Below, piece after piece: positions 1 through 13,400 of a stretch of DNA of 64,000 nucleotides (positions are counted from its first letter, which is position 1; every line of letters begins with the position of its first letter). Under the pieces are notes generated by a model that was not told where the DNA came from, did not search any database, and saw only the letters and a list, made by a program, of their open reading frames with translations. The DNA is from Camelus dromedarius. Its lineage: Eukaryota. The translations under genes and the position numbers were made by a program. The stretch is taken from positions 49,292,001 through 49,356,000 of the forward strand of contig NC_087436.1 in NCBI RefSeq assembly GCF_036321535.1. The letters are read 5' to 3'.

Positions 1-620
1 CAAAAAAATCTAGAAGCCATAAAAGATGAGAAAGTTCAGTAAAATTTATGCATGCGAAAATAAACCAATAAGCAAAGTTAGAAGTACATAAAATGTAATA
101 TATAGGACCCATACAAACTGACAGGATAAAGACCAACCACTGAAGAAAAAAATAATGAGCAAAGGATGTGGACAGTTCACAGAAAATGAAATGCAAATGG
201 CTCTGAAATATTTTTAAGATGTCCATTATTACTTGTAAAAAGAAATGGAAATTAAAACTGCAACGAGATACAGTTCTTTCCCCAAATTGGCAAAGAAGAA
301 AAATTTTGATAATACACTATGTTGGCAAGCATGTGGGGAAACAGACATGCTTTGCATGGTTCTCAGGAGTCAAAAGTAATACAAATACCATGGAGGACAA
401 TTTAGCAATATCGTAGAATTTCACAGAAACTTCTTTGATTCTTCAGTTTTAAGAACTTATTTTACAAATATGCCCATATATATGTGTTAAAGAATGTATG
501 CACAATACTTTGCAATAGCAAAAGTTTGGAAACAACCTACATTTTCATATAAAGTATTTCCAGGTAATTAAATGAAGTCAAACAAGCTGCAGAACAGTAT
601 GTGTAAGGATGCCACAGCCT
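1..620 (+). mobile_element. Old LINE-1 (L1ME/L1MC-like) ORF2-end/3' fragment
   Basis: Degenerate L1 motifs gcaaaggatgtggacagttcacagaaaatgaaatgcaaatggc, aattaaaactgcaacgagatac, ggaggacaatttagcaata. Confidence 0.7.
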
Positions 621-904
621 GTACATTTACCAAACTAAAGAAAAGCAGCTCTGGGAGAATATACACTGAAACTGGCGATAATACTTTGCCTCCAGGAGAA
701 GGAGTGGAGAGGCTGGAAAACAGCACTGGGAGGAAGACTGCTTTTAAATGTGTCGTTTTGTAACTTTTAAGCATGTATATTAATTAATAAATAAAACCTA
801 AATCAAAAGGTCATAATTCCTATTGGACAAAGAAAAACAACAGAACAAAGTGACATCTTTATTTCTGTAAACCTACTTCCTTTGAAATGCTAAGAAATGG
901 CCTA

Positions 905-1190
905 GACATGCAAGCCACTGGTCACCAATGGCTCCTGAGCCTTTGAAATGTGGTTAGTACGAATTGAGATGTTCTGTAAGTATAAATACACACTGGATTT
1001 CAAAGGTCTTAGTGTGCACAAAAAAAGAAAATAACTCAGTTTCTTAAAATATGTATTACATGCTGAAACAATACGATTTTGGTTAAGTAAAATACATTAT
1101 TAAAAAAATTTTTTTTACTTGTTTTAACGTGAGTACTGGAAAATTAAAAATTTTACACGTGGCTTATGGTGTACTTCTATTGGGTAGCTT
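905..1190 (-). mobile_element. MER33-like hAT-Charlie non-autonomous DNA transposon
   Basis: ttgaaatgtggttagtacgaattgagatgttctgtaagtataaatacacactggatttc ... aaattttacacgtggctt ... ctattgg follows the MER33 consensus in reverse. Confidence 0.75.
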
Positions 1191-2371
1191 GGAGCTAAAC
1201 TAATACTCTTAATCATCAGTAGCCTTTAATTTAAAAACTTTTGTTTCCAGGATCATGAGAATTGATTTGTAGTCTTTGATGTAAGGGGTTTCTCCAAAAT
1301 CAGGGGCACCACCACTTTTCAAAAGGTAAGAAGCATAGACATAAGCCTAGGAAAATCCTTCATAGACGAGGTCAATTAGCTTTCCAAACACTACAACCAA
1401 AAATTCTTTCTTTCAGTAACTAAATCAATTTCCACTGTACCAAACAAAATGTATTTACATGCACACATGTACACTTATGTTATATAAACTTGCAGGTTCT
1501 TTATACACTGTATATTGTCCTACTTAATTTTTAGATAATACCTTTATCTATAAATACATATTTATATTTATTATATATGTAATATATTATTCTCTGTTAT
1601 GGTCCATACCACATAATTTGGACATTCTTTAAAGTGTCAAGGGCAGAATTACAATGGATGAAGTTTGCGTATCTTTTATGAGCATAATATTAGCTTCTAA
1701 GAAGAAATGAAGTTGACTTAGAATAAAATTTATTTCAATATGGAACTTTAAACACAACAGACATTTTTAAACACTAATTTAATATTATTGTTAGAATTAT
1801 TCTGCCCATGACAGCAAGTCCTTTACTGAGTACAACCATCAGATGTGAAGAGTTAGTTAAATGGTTAACCTTTTAAGGGAGGACAGGAAAAGGGTATATT
1901 GTCTTTCCATTTTAGGATGAAGATAATTCGTTATTTGATGATTATTTGTTATTAGTCTATGAATCTGACTGAGAAAATTTAAACCAATAAAGTACCACTT
2001 CAGGAAGAAAAAAAAGAAATATTTTCTTTGACTTCAATATGTCCTAGACCACACTTTGCATCTGTATCCCAGAGTATTACACAATCCAGTAACCCACTTG
2101 GAACAGCACTCTCACAATCACCCAGTGCTTTTATACTTCCATTGGAAAGCATTATTTATTTTTAATAAAAACAGAAAAAAATGAGACCTGTTCATTTTGA
2201 CTATTATAAAAATACTGGCAAAGCTTTCATGCTGTAATTTGCACAGTGTATATAAATATACAAAGTTTTTTCAAGCTTACAAATGTCAGTAATCTATGTA
2301 TTAGGCAAGAAAATCTTCCAAGATAATTTTTTGTAGATATCTACCAGCTAATCAGTGAAAAAAGAGTTAGT

Positions 2372-2440
2372 AGGTGGTGGTTGTTGCTGCTGCTGCTGCT
2401 GCTGTTATTATTGTTATTGTTGTTGTTATTATTATTATTA
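2372..2440. repeat. Compound triplet repeat (GGT/GTT/GCT/ATT)
   Basis: Visible directly. Confidence 0.9.
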
Positions 2441-3162
2441 ACAAATTTAGGGGAAAGGGGGAAATTTTTCCAAAGTTAAACTAAGTGTTTTCTGGAATGA
2501 ATGTAAATTTTTGCCTTAGAGATATTTTTGTGTGGCATTCCCTTTGCTTCTGAGTGACTAAGAACAGAAATAAAATTTTTTATTCATTCATATCTGCTCT
2601 TCTAAGTGACTGATAACAGAAATATTTTGAATTCTCATAATTGATTTTTTGATATTGAAATTAAATATCCTTTATTTTTTCCTACACTAGAGAACATATA
2701 ATTAATATGATGTACAGTACTAGTCAGGATACTTTTCCCTTGTGAAGCTGAATATTTAAATGCTTTTTAAAGTAATGCCAGCTTTTGGAAGTTTGTATAT
2801 GGTAATTTATGCCAAATAAAATTATAATACAGTTTATGCCAAATAAAATTGAACCTATAAAAAGCAGGAGAGAGAATTTTCATTTTAGAACAAGACTCAC
2901 TTTTTACAGTAGGGACAATGACTCACCTATGAGGACACTGGTCAGTCAAAATTAAGGCACTAATTTTTTCTTAAAACTGTTATGAAATTTATATGCAAGA
3001 GCATAAGGCAGAAGAGCCTTTGGTAAACCTGGAAAGAATGACTGTGTATGCTTCCCCTGTGATGTTCTTCATGATGTCAACACTTCATGTTACAGCATTA
3101 GTTACAATCTAAAAATGAATAGCGAGCTTTTAATATATTCCTTAAAAGATGTTCCTATGGGT

Positions 3163-3263
3163 GATGGCCGATTTCAAGCTATCAAACTCCAGCTCACAAA
3201 ATTCTGAAAATTTCACAATCTGTTCTTGCTAACTCTTATAAGCTGGTTCTAAGCATACTACTG
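3163..3263 (-). mobile_element. MER63-like hAT-Blackjack fragment
   Basis: Reverse complement cagtagtatgct...gattgtgaaattttcagaattttgtgagc...tagcttgaaatcggccat resembles MER63A. Confidence 0.6.
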
Positions 3264-4069
3264 TTAGAGCTACCAAAATATTAACAAATCATGTTATCTT
3301 TTTTTTGAGGGGGGGTGGAAGTAGAATGAATGTTCCCTTAGATCAAATGCATGCCATATGATTTGGGTAGTCTTCCTTACTTCCAGAACAGCAATGGACA
3401 GAGAGCTCTTCCTCAAAGGATTACTGAACAGCATTTAAAACTTTTGGAAGGCCAAGAAATTTAAAAATTACTTACTCAAAATGAATGGTATTATGTGATG
3501 ATGGTGGTCCTAACAATGTACAAAACATTTCAGAGCATAAGAAGGAATCTAGTTCCACTCTCTCATTTTACAGATGTAAAAACTGAGCAAATTTTTTTTC
3601 AAGTTAGGCATCAAAATAATTGCTCCCACCAGGGCTAGCCTGGCAGTTTCATAGAAGCTCTTCCTGCCACATAATATTAAGAAAAATGCATAATTCAGGG
3701 AGTTGGTTCTGTTAATAAATTCACACTTTGCCAACATTTTAGTTTTTGGGGGACTTAGGATGAAAAAAAAATATTCTAGTTACATATCTGTAGGTCTGTA
3801 ATCATTTGCATGATTAACGGTATTGTGCACGTATTTCACTAAGGTATCATTTCTTTGTGTGGATTAGAATGGAATGTAAAAGATGTAAACATTTAGTACG
3901 TGGAATCTGAAGTTGCCACAGAGTTATTCTAATCCCTTCTTTGCTACCTTTCTAGATTACCTTTTTAATTAATGCTGGGATGCTGGTGATTTTTCTCTAA
4001 AACATCTGAGAACAATTTATAAATTTCCCCCAGTAATGTCAACTGAGAGAACTGGAATTCAATGTGCAT

Positions 4070-4210
4070 TAGTTCATTTGTGTCAGTCAAGCATCAGTTG
4101 AAGCCCTACTCAGTGCAAGGACTCTGAAGTGGCACAAGCACAAAGATGCAGAGGTCCTGCAGTGCCCTGGACTGTGGTTATGGTGAGACAGTGTGACTGT
4201 TCAAGTGCCA
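4070..4210 (-). mobile_element. L2 3'-end fragment
   Basis: caagcatcagttgaagccctactcagtgcaagg resembles the reversed L2 tail. Confidence 0.45.
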
Positions 4211-4737
4211 CAGGAGTACAGGGCAGGGGAGAAGCACTAGCAGCTGTCAGGGTCTGCATGCCATCAACCCAAGTTTCCCTTGTGAAATTTAACTTCATTC
4301 CCTCTTGCAATAATAAGAAAGACATACATGTCCCACTAAATCAAAGTTAGTTTTAAAAGGATGACAACGAATGTTCACCAAAAACATCTATCAACATCAT
4401 TGAGGCAGAAGAACTAGTGTCCTAAGTAGAATATGTATCAGTAGTTACCAAGTACAGAGGAGACCGTACAAAAAAACTGAATGGAGTGCATTTTTTAAAA
4501 ACTAACAATATTCAACAAATGACTTGTGGAAACTCCTCTGGTTATTGAATTCTTAGGAAAAGACATAGCATATATTTAGCTGCTTTAACAGCTATCTTTG
4601 CTAATAAAAATATAATAAGTAGCTCATTATTTAAATTGTACACACATGCAGTTTTTGATTATGTGGTACACCATGATGTTTATAGGTTTACCAAAAAAGC
4701 CAGCAAAGTGACTTAAACTTTAAGAATGAACAAAATA

Positions 4738-4791
4738 ACATGGAAGCAACCTAAACACCCATCAACAGATGACTAGGTAAAGAAGTTGTGG

Positions 4792-4864
<73 letters not shown>

Positions 4865-5368
4865 GTTATATATATATATAGATAATATATATCCTGGAAT
4901 ACTACTCAGCCATTAAAAAGAATGAAATAATGCCATTTGCAGCAACATGGATGGACCTAGAAATTATCATACTAAGTGAAGTCAAAAAAGAGAAGGACAA
5001 ATACCATGTGATATCATTTATATGTGGAATCTAAAATATGATACAAATGAACTTATTTATGAAACAGAAACAAAATCACAGACATAGAAAAATAATGGTT
5101 ACTAAAGGGGAAAGGGGGCAGGAGAGATAAATTAGGAGTTTGGGATTAGCAGATACAAACTACTATATATATAAAATAGATAAACAACAAGGTCCTACCA
5201 TATAGCACAGGGAACTATATTTAATATCCTGTAATGAAGCATAATGGAAAATAATATGTATATATGTATATACTCTTTTCCATTATGGTTTATATAACTG
5301 AATCACTGCTGTACACCAGAAACTAATACAACATTGTAAATCAACTATAAGAAAAAAAGAAATGAAAC
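4738..5368 (+). mobile_element. 5'-truncated artiodactyl/camelid-type L1 3' UTR with TSD
   Basis: atggaagcaacctaaa ... gccatttgcagcaacatggatggacctaga ... A-rich tail; TSD aagaatgaacaaaata (4722-4737) / aagaatggacaaaata (5369-5384), 15/16 identical. Confidence 0.9.
4795..4860. repeat. (TG)33 microsatellite
   Basis: Visible directly, inside the L1 3' UTR. Confidence 0.95.
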
Positions 5369-8056
5369 AAGAATGGACAAAATATACCACTCATTCTAAA
5401 ACCAGTTTTGGCATTTTTTAAAAAGAGGCAGTTTTAGAAATTATTTACCTAAATGGCGGGTGTTAATTAAATAACAATTTAAAATGTCATAATTTAGATC
5501 TTACTAGTCATATGATTTAGGTTTATCCCTTTATTCTAATATTCTAATATACCCCATGAAGTACGGTCTTCTAAGAAACCAAAAAGAGTAGTTTTATCTG
5601 CTATAAATGTCACTTTTTTTTTTTAAGAAATTCTAAAGGTCAAATTATAATCAGGTAATAGGAATATAAAGAAGCTGTTACGGCCACTCTATGATTTCGG
5701 CTAATGCTCCAGAATAATTTTTCATAAGCTGTGAAGGAGAAAGAGAGAAAGATACTGAGATAGGGATTGAGAACTTTGAGTAAAAATGCCAAGTATGTCA
5801 ACCTTCAGCTGTGTCAGAGGTACACATTAATGAAGCATGTTTATCTTGGTTGAAAACACTAGCCTTCTGACTTGTCGCCAGCATTGTGGTTTCTTAAGGC
5901 CAAAGCAGGCTTTAGCCTCAGCAGTTTCTACTTTGGTATTTGATTTTGCTCCTTCTCACGACTCTCTGACAATAATTTATTATGAATTCAAGTCACATCA
6001 GCAGCATCTGTGAAACAATTACTGCATCCAGGACTGACTCTGCAGTCTAATCCATCATAATTATGACAGGCCTCTTTGAAGATGCTATGATGCATGACTT
6101 AAAAATAGCACATTAGTGTGCAAATGGTTTGGCATCTCATTTCACCAATATGCATTTAGGGTTGTAATTTAGCTCAACACCATTTGACTCTTTTTGAATC
6201 ACTCAAGAATGGTGGCTGCACCTCTCACCACATAAAGCTGTAGAGGATGCTCAAAATGTGTGAAAAGGGTTTTTGTTTTTGCTTCTAGATTTTGGCTTAT
6301 TGATTTTGTTGGTGGTGTGTCTTTTACTGCTGTAAGAGGAAAAAAACACACACATCATTTAAATCTCATGTCAGCTATTTTCAAGGAGACAAGAGACTCA
6401 ATTTATAGATCTGTTTAGCTGCCATACAATAAGACAAAACTTTTTTCCCTATAAAAATACCTTTGACTTCATATTAAAAGTATATAAAATATGCTACTCT
6501 TGTCAGATGAATCCTGTTTATTAATATATGCAAATTACTGGGGTAAATTCTTAAGACCAGTTACCTGCAGGGACTGCATCGAGTCAAGCCCATGAGTTTC
6601 AGCATCAGCCTTAGGAGATGACTGTATATGCCTCTATCACCTCCACCCACAGGCTCTGCACCTATTGGTCATTCAGGTGTTAGGAATTAATTAGTTCCTG
6701 ACATGGAAGACATTGAGTAAAGACGATGTATTTGACTACACTGCCTGCATAGATGGCACTATTCTCCAAAATTTTAGATTCTTCCTACCAAAATGGGACA
6801 TAATGTGTGTCAACTACACGTTTATTTCAAAATATGTGCAGGACAGTGGGCCCCAGTTTTGTCTAGTGAATGTTCCTGTGGACAGTGCTCTAAAATTCTG
6901 ACCAAAATGTTGGTTTCAATCCCTATCTTCTACGTCTATCAAACTCCTTCCACTTGGTTTGACTTTCTTTCTTAATATATAATATTAGTACAGCTGTTAA
7001 GTCCCTCTCTGGAAACAAGCAAAGTGTTCTTTATAGGGCATAACTTACTAAATTAAAAAAAATTTTTCATTTATAGTAATGGTAAAATATTAAGGGAAAA
7101 GTCAATCAATCCAAAACATAATTTCAACAGAAAAATTTGTGTATCCAAACTACATGTTAAGCTTGGAACATAATGTTTTATATTTGCATTAAACATGGAG
7201 AACATAAGGTGAATCAGTATTTTTACTGTAAAACTGACTTTTCTATTTCTACTCTTATAAGAATTTTGAATCTTAATATTAAGAGATCTGTGAAGGCGTA
7301 CTTCACATATCCCAGAAAAAAAGCCAGTAAACACATGAGTGTGTCAGAATCTGGGAGGAAGAGCCTGCGTTCCCAGCAGTGCATTAATTACACAAGCAGC
7401 TGCACGCACGTGACAAGCACTTGCGTTGCTCCTGTGGTGTGAACATGCTTCCTGGGGAGGCCTCATCCAGTTTTTCACAATCCTCAGTAGAAACTACGTA
7501 ATTCCAACGTATGAAGTTTTAAAATGTGTTTCTTATCTTAAAAGAACAGCATAGACAACATTTAATAACAAATAGATTATTTGAGGGAGGAGAGTCAGGT
7601 GGAATGTCACTGAAGGTTAGGGAGGAGGCTTACAGACAGAATTCTCCGTGGAAGACGTGGAAACAATGGACAGTTTAGAAATGAAACTGCTTACAGCCTG
7701 CAACTCTAGTCAACTAGTTTCCCAACTGGGAAGGCGGGCATCATCTTCTGTCAGTTCTCAATTAGCCACGTATCTATCTGTTCATCCTGAGATTGTTTCT
7801 CAAATTTGGGCTTATTCCAGGTCTCTGACTTTCAGCAAACTAATATGTGCTGAGGGGAAAGATCATCGAATATAATTAGGAATGTAATTTGTCACAAGCA
7901 TTATTTGCTTCTCATAAATCATAAAAGCTATTCAGGGTTTTCAGTTTCAGTCCACTCTCATCATTAAAATGGCTAATTATGAGCTAGTTATTCTTACTAG
8001 GACACATTTACTCGAATACACTCTAGCCAGTGCTTGACATTTCTGATTAACAAGAT

Positions 8057-8835
8057 GTATTCTAGAAACTAGTTGTTTGGGCTTGATCTCGCTGATACCC
8101 TATCTGAGAATCTGTCCAGTGAACAAACACGCCCCAGCAGGGGGAGGCTGTAGGCTGGGCTCTCTGCAGGCAAAGCTGAGGTAGGAGAGATGAAGAGAAG
8201 GCAGACTTCCTGGGCAGGGAGCCGTGCAGTAAGAGCCCCTGGGGTCCCTCCGAAGAACGCACGTGTGCCGAGAGAGAGCCAGTATTTGGATGCTTGCCCC
8301 ATAGAGGGCATCCAATGGCTAGTCAATGTCAACCACCAAAATAGCAACATCCAAGGTCCTGCTGCTTTGTTCAGGCAAATGGGGAACCCTAAGCATTTTT
8401 CATCCTTCCTTAGCCCTGCCCAACCTCCTAGTGGCTAGTGTTTAAAAGAGAGAGGGCAGGGGTAGAGATATTCAGAGTGAGACTCTCAACTCCAAATGTT
8501 GGAGCCAGAGGTTAAGGCTGTGCTGGGTAAGAAGACCCCTGACTCAGGCTTGACTTGGGAGTTTTAAGATGACTAGGACTGAGTTTCAAAGACTGGAATA
8601 AAATTATTCTAATAACCAGAAGATGCTATAAAAGTATGGAGCCTAATCAAGACAACACCATAGGATAGTGGGGTGTGTGTGGGGGGGGCAGTATCATAGT
8701 ATTTTTACAGGTAAATTATAGGGGGAAATGGCTTCATTTTTATGCCTTGAAGTATGATTTTTCCAATAAAACTGTTGCATAAATCCGACAAAGCAGTTTC
8801 TGGTAATATAAAAGAACTTTATGTAATTTCTGACA
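8057..8835 (+). mobile_element. Ancient Gypsy-like solo LTR (MamGypLTR-like)
   Basis: cccagcagggggaggctgtaggctgggc ... gcagacttcctgggcagggagcc ... aagagcccctgggg resembles the remembered MamGypLTR consensus; begins tgt, aataaa near the 3' end, ends aca. Confidence 0.6.
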
Positions 8836-8902
8836 GAGCTCATAATCATGCAATGTTTTTATATAGTGACAGAGGCAGAGTCATAAAAATAAAATGTCGA
8901 TG

Positions 8903-9215
8903 TATTCATTCTTTTATTTAACAAACATTTATTTGAGCACATCCTATGCCTACCTGCTAGGCACTGTCATAGCCAACAGCAGTACAGCACTGAGCAAAAG
9001 AAACAAACAGCCCTGCCCTCTTGGACCTGATATTCTACTGGAGAAAGAGGCAATAAACATAATAAGGAATAAACTGTATGGTATAATAAGAAGATGTTGA
9101 GTGTTAAAGGACTTACAAGGCAGGGGTGAGGATCAAAAGTACCAGGGAAGATTTGCAGGTTGCCTTATTAAATACTTTAGTCAGAGTAAGTCTTATTGAA
9201 ATAGACCTGAACACA
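8903..9215 (-). mobile_element. L2 3' end
   Basis: ttcattct...aacaaacatttatttgagcac...ctaggcactg...ccctgccctc, the reversed L2 tail. Confidence 0.75.
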
Positions 9216-9466
9216 GTCTTGGAACCAAATTATGTAATCAACATCCAGCTCACCAAGATGATCCTAATTAATCAATGTGTGAAACTGTATTATTGGATAC
9301 ACTGTCACACATCTGGAGCCCTAAAATCAAGAATGGAAAAAGGAAAAAAAAAAAAACTACCAAGATGTAGAAAATAACTATATTAGAGTTACCTAATGTG
9401 TCACATACCCAGGGGGCTTTAAAGTATTATTGTGAAACAAATTAATAACATACCCTGGAAGGGCAA

Positions 9467-9597
9467 GGGGAGGTGGTTGTGGTAATAGCTCAGTGGTGGA
9501 GCGCATGCTTAGCATGCACGAGGTCCTGGGTTTAATCCCTAGTACCTCTGTTAAAAAAAAAAAAAAAAGAAAAAAAGAAGATTAAAAAAAAAAAAAA
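9467..9597 (+). mobile_element. Camelid tRNA-Ala-derived SINE (Vic-1 type)
   Basis: tagctcagtggtggagcgcatgcttagcatgcacgaggtcctgggtttaatccc followed by a long poly(A). Confidence 0.9.
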
Positions 9598-10624
9598 CTA
9601 ACATTTTATAGACAACTCCATACTAGGGATACTTGGAACACAGGCATTTTGGCATTTATACTTTGTATTGTATTCATGAAATCTGCTCCCTCTCAAAGGT
9701 GTTTTGTTCCTACCACTGCCTCAGAAGTCATGCCATCTGTGTTTCTGAGAAGTTTTATACAACCTTGAACAGCTCCATCTTCATAGCAATCTAGTCCTAA
9801 TCTGCTACAGTTACCATGACAACCTAGTCATTTTTTTTTTCTTCCCATCTTGAAACAATTAGTGATTACTGTGGTTCAGTTAACTTGTAGGTTGTTACAG
9901 TTATTCTTGAGGGTAAAATGAATATTCTATGTAAAGATTAATAATGGAGATGCCATTAAACCCATTACCCATCAATAGGTTACCAAGTTAAGATACTTCA
10001 ATATGCTCCAGTCCTAAAGAATACTGCCAATATTATTTCATAATGTAAATAAAATAATTTCTGTCCACCAGAAGAAAAAAAAGGAAAAGAGATTTTCTAC
10101 TGAGTAAAACATTAGGAAAATGAAAAAAGTCAACTATGTAGATATTTTAAAAGAACATTATATAACCATGTGTTCATCAGAAACATGTTCTCATATATTA
10201 TGAAGGTTACTCTCATCTTCTTTATCTTTTGTGTTTTGTTAGAAGATCTGATAAATACTTTATATTGCCCAAAATTATAGTATACATTTTAAATGATACC
10301 AAAGTAGAAATAAAAAGACTGTGAAATTTTTTTTTCCCTCAAAACAAGTTCTTACTTCTGGAAACACAATCTAAGGGATCCAGAGGTAGTATTTAACATG
10401 GTCTCTGCCTTTAGGGATTTTAGTTACTACACTGGCTAGATAAGACATATGTATATAAGAACAGCTATTCAGAGCTGGTCCTGGGTATAGATTTTTGAGC
10501 AAGTCACAAACTTCACACATCACAATTTAAAAAAAAACTCAATTATAATCTGAGGGAAATGAACATGATTACGTCTACGTTCTTTTTGAGGTCTAAAATA
10601 CGATTCTCTAAAATTAGCAATGAT

Positions 10625-10755
10625 GGGGGAAGGGTATAGCTCAACTGGTAGAGCACATGCTCGCACACAAGAAGTCCCAGTTCATTCCCCGGTACCTCCT
10701 CCAAGCGGAAATCAATGAAGAAACCTAATTACCTGCCCTTCAGACTACAGATAAT
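10625..10755 (+). mobile_element. Vic-1-type SINE with TSD
   Basis: tRNA-like head and cctaattacc tail; TSD aaaattagcaatgat (10610-10624) / aaaattggcaatgat (10756-10770). Confidence 0.85.
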
Positions 10756-11700
10756 AAAATTGGCAATGATAAATATCTACTGGGCCTCACTGAAAAAAGG
10801 CATCAAGAAGACTATTTTTGGTCTGAAAAGTATACTTTTCACCTCATTTTACCAATAAGTAAATAGAAACTAAAAGAGTAAAGTAGCTTGGCATAGCTGA
10901 TACAAGGCAGATGTAGATATGAAACACAGACCTGTCAACCTCTGAGCCAAAGTGTGGCTAGATGGGGGAGGTCAGCTCAGGGCAGAGAAGCAGGTCTGGC
11001 ACTCCTTATGTTTATAAAAGCACTCCATATACCGTCCCAGGAAGAGAAACTCTGGATTGGTCCTTATGAGTACAGTCACTATGCAAGCAAATTCTTCTAA
11101 GGAGCAAGGATGACTAAACTTTCTTCACTGATACTATGTCTGTACTAAAAATACCATTTGAATTCAAAATAACACCTAATTATCTACAAAGTAATTTCCA
11201 TATAACCATAGCATTATTTAGGGGAGATCACAAATTTACATGTCACACCAAAGGATGCATTAAAGGTTGATTTGGATAATGATTTGACCAAGAAACACAG
11301 CCAAATCTGTTATCATGACCATAATTAAATCCACTAAAAGAAGAATTAGCTTTTTATCTGAAAATAATTTCAAATTAACAAATTAGTGAATAAGCCAAGT
11401 TCATGGCATTTTCATGGAATAGAATTTTCTAGAGAAAAAAATCTGATAGTATACATTTTCTGTCTTAACTTGTATCAAATTATTATGTTTACACTTCAAT
11501 TATATTTGAATATGATATATGCAATATAAATCAGAAGCCATGTGTGTTTAAAATGTCACCAACTCTCTAAACATTGTGGCTTTCCCTTGTTCCCTTTCCT
11601 TTCCATCTTTCAGTGGTTATAAACACTCTGGTTTTAATTATCATCTTATAAATATGGTACCATAAAATAAGTCTACCAATTAAAATACACACTGAATTAG

Positions 11701-11850
11701 TTTTCTAGGGTTCTTTTGGTGAGGGAGAGGAGGAGGTAATTAAGTTTTATTTATTTAAGTTTTGTTTTTAATGGAGGTCCTGGGTATTGAACACAGGACC
11801 TAGTGCATGCTAAGCATGTGCTCTACCACTTGAGCTATACCCTCCCCACA
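11701..11850 (-). mobile_element. Vic-1-type SINE with perfect 14-bp TSD
   Basis: Reverse strand reads ggggagggtatagctcaagtggtagagcacatgcttagcatgcac; TSD acacactgaattag at 11687-11700 and 11851-11864. Confidence 0.9.
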
Positions 11851-13144
11851 ACACACTGAATTAGAATGAAGAAAAAGAACTTCTCAGATTAACTCATAAA
11901 GGTTACAGAACTGTAGTAAGCAGAAGCAACAACATTTCCATGAAAGGACTCTGTTAAAATTCAAAACAGTATTTCCTTTGAACTCTACGCCACCCCCACC
12001 TGCTGCAAAGAGTTATTGAGAAATAAACACATTTGAAACATTCATTTGTTTTAGTCTTTGGCTTTAAACATTGATTTCTACTCAACTTGTCTTTTTCCAT
12101 CTCCCCCAGAAACTCTAACGAAAACTCCAAGTCCCACTAACTTTAGTATTCACAGTGTGGAAATGTTTTATACTGTCTGCTAAACCCACAGGTAGCAATA
12201 AGGATCATAAAATAGTCTGAAGCAAAATTAATTTTATTTGAGGGGAGAACAATGGGTAGAAAGAAATGGTGGTTAGTCTCCTAACAAAAAAATTATTTTA
12301 GTCACATATAGAGAAAACACACTCTGAACTGTCAGATTTTTCTATTCAAAGGCATTGACTTACAGTTAAAATGTTCCTCAGGCCCCCCACTTATGGTCCT
12401 GCATAAAAATTCAACACTGCTCTGCTGAAAGAGGTTATGGGTTAGAATCCTAGAATTGAGTTGGCATCCTGGTCCCCTTTTAGTTTCCTACAATTCAAGG
12501 CAAACTCTTTCTCATGTTTAAACGGTCTTTTTGTGGCAAAGGGCAGCATGAAGAGATGGTGAAATCATTGCAATCAAGAAAAAAAAAAAAAGAAATCTGG
12601 CTGATCTCATCTTAACTGCAGTTAATGCTTTGAGATGGTGTTTAAAATGGCGTTATTGAAGCAATGCTGGGAAAATGTTGTATTCCTTTGTTTCTCTATT
12701 CAGAATACTTTGAAAACTCTAAATCTTTCTTCAAAACCCACTCTGGCATTTCCAGCTTTGGAAGACTGCCACAGAGCTACCAATCTTAAAGACTCAAAGT
12801 ACCCACTAGCTAATTTAATGTTTAAATAATTGAAATTATAATGTGCTGAATCAGAATCCAAGCTTTTCAGTAATAAATATAAGTCAAAGGTCACAAAGTT
12901 TAAAAAGCTCTTTCATTAATTTTCTTGAACATAGATTTCATGATCTGGCAAGTGATCACAAGATGTTACTATAGAGAGGCACTGAACCCATTCTTTTTGG
13001 TTTAAATGCTACTTAACTGAAGAATATTAGATTTTTACAAAAATGTCCCATGTGGCATTTTCTGCTTAAAAAAGAAAAGCATTATATATTTGTTACTATA
13101 CGTGGCAAAATTTTATGGTACACTTTTTGACACTTATTTTCCAG

Positions 13145-13400
13145 TTTCATCATTTATTGAGCCTGTGAGCTAAGGACTGTGGTAGGTGCCACGAGAAACA
13201 CAATGATGACTGGCTGTAGTGCACTCAGGGAGCTTAATCTAGAGGGCACAGAGTTATAAGAAGATAATGCCATCCAGCTCATACAAACAGGAAACTATGG
13301 AACATACATCCAAATGGAGATGATTTTGATAGAGGCCCTTAAAAATTTTTAGAATTTCTTCAGTTGCAGTGAAAGAAGAGCATCCTAGGTGAATGCTTGA
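13145..13400 (-). mobile_element. L2 fragment
   Basis: catcatttattgagcctg...ggactgtggtaggtgc...gcactcagggagctta. Confidence 0.55.

Noticed and set aside
8062..8438. Overlapping ORFs on both strands
   Set aside because: They lie inside a GC-rich LTR remnant.
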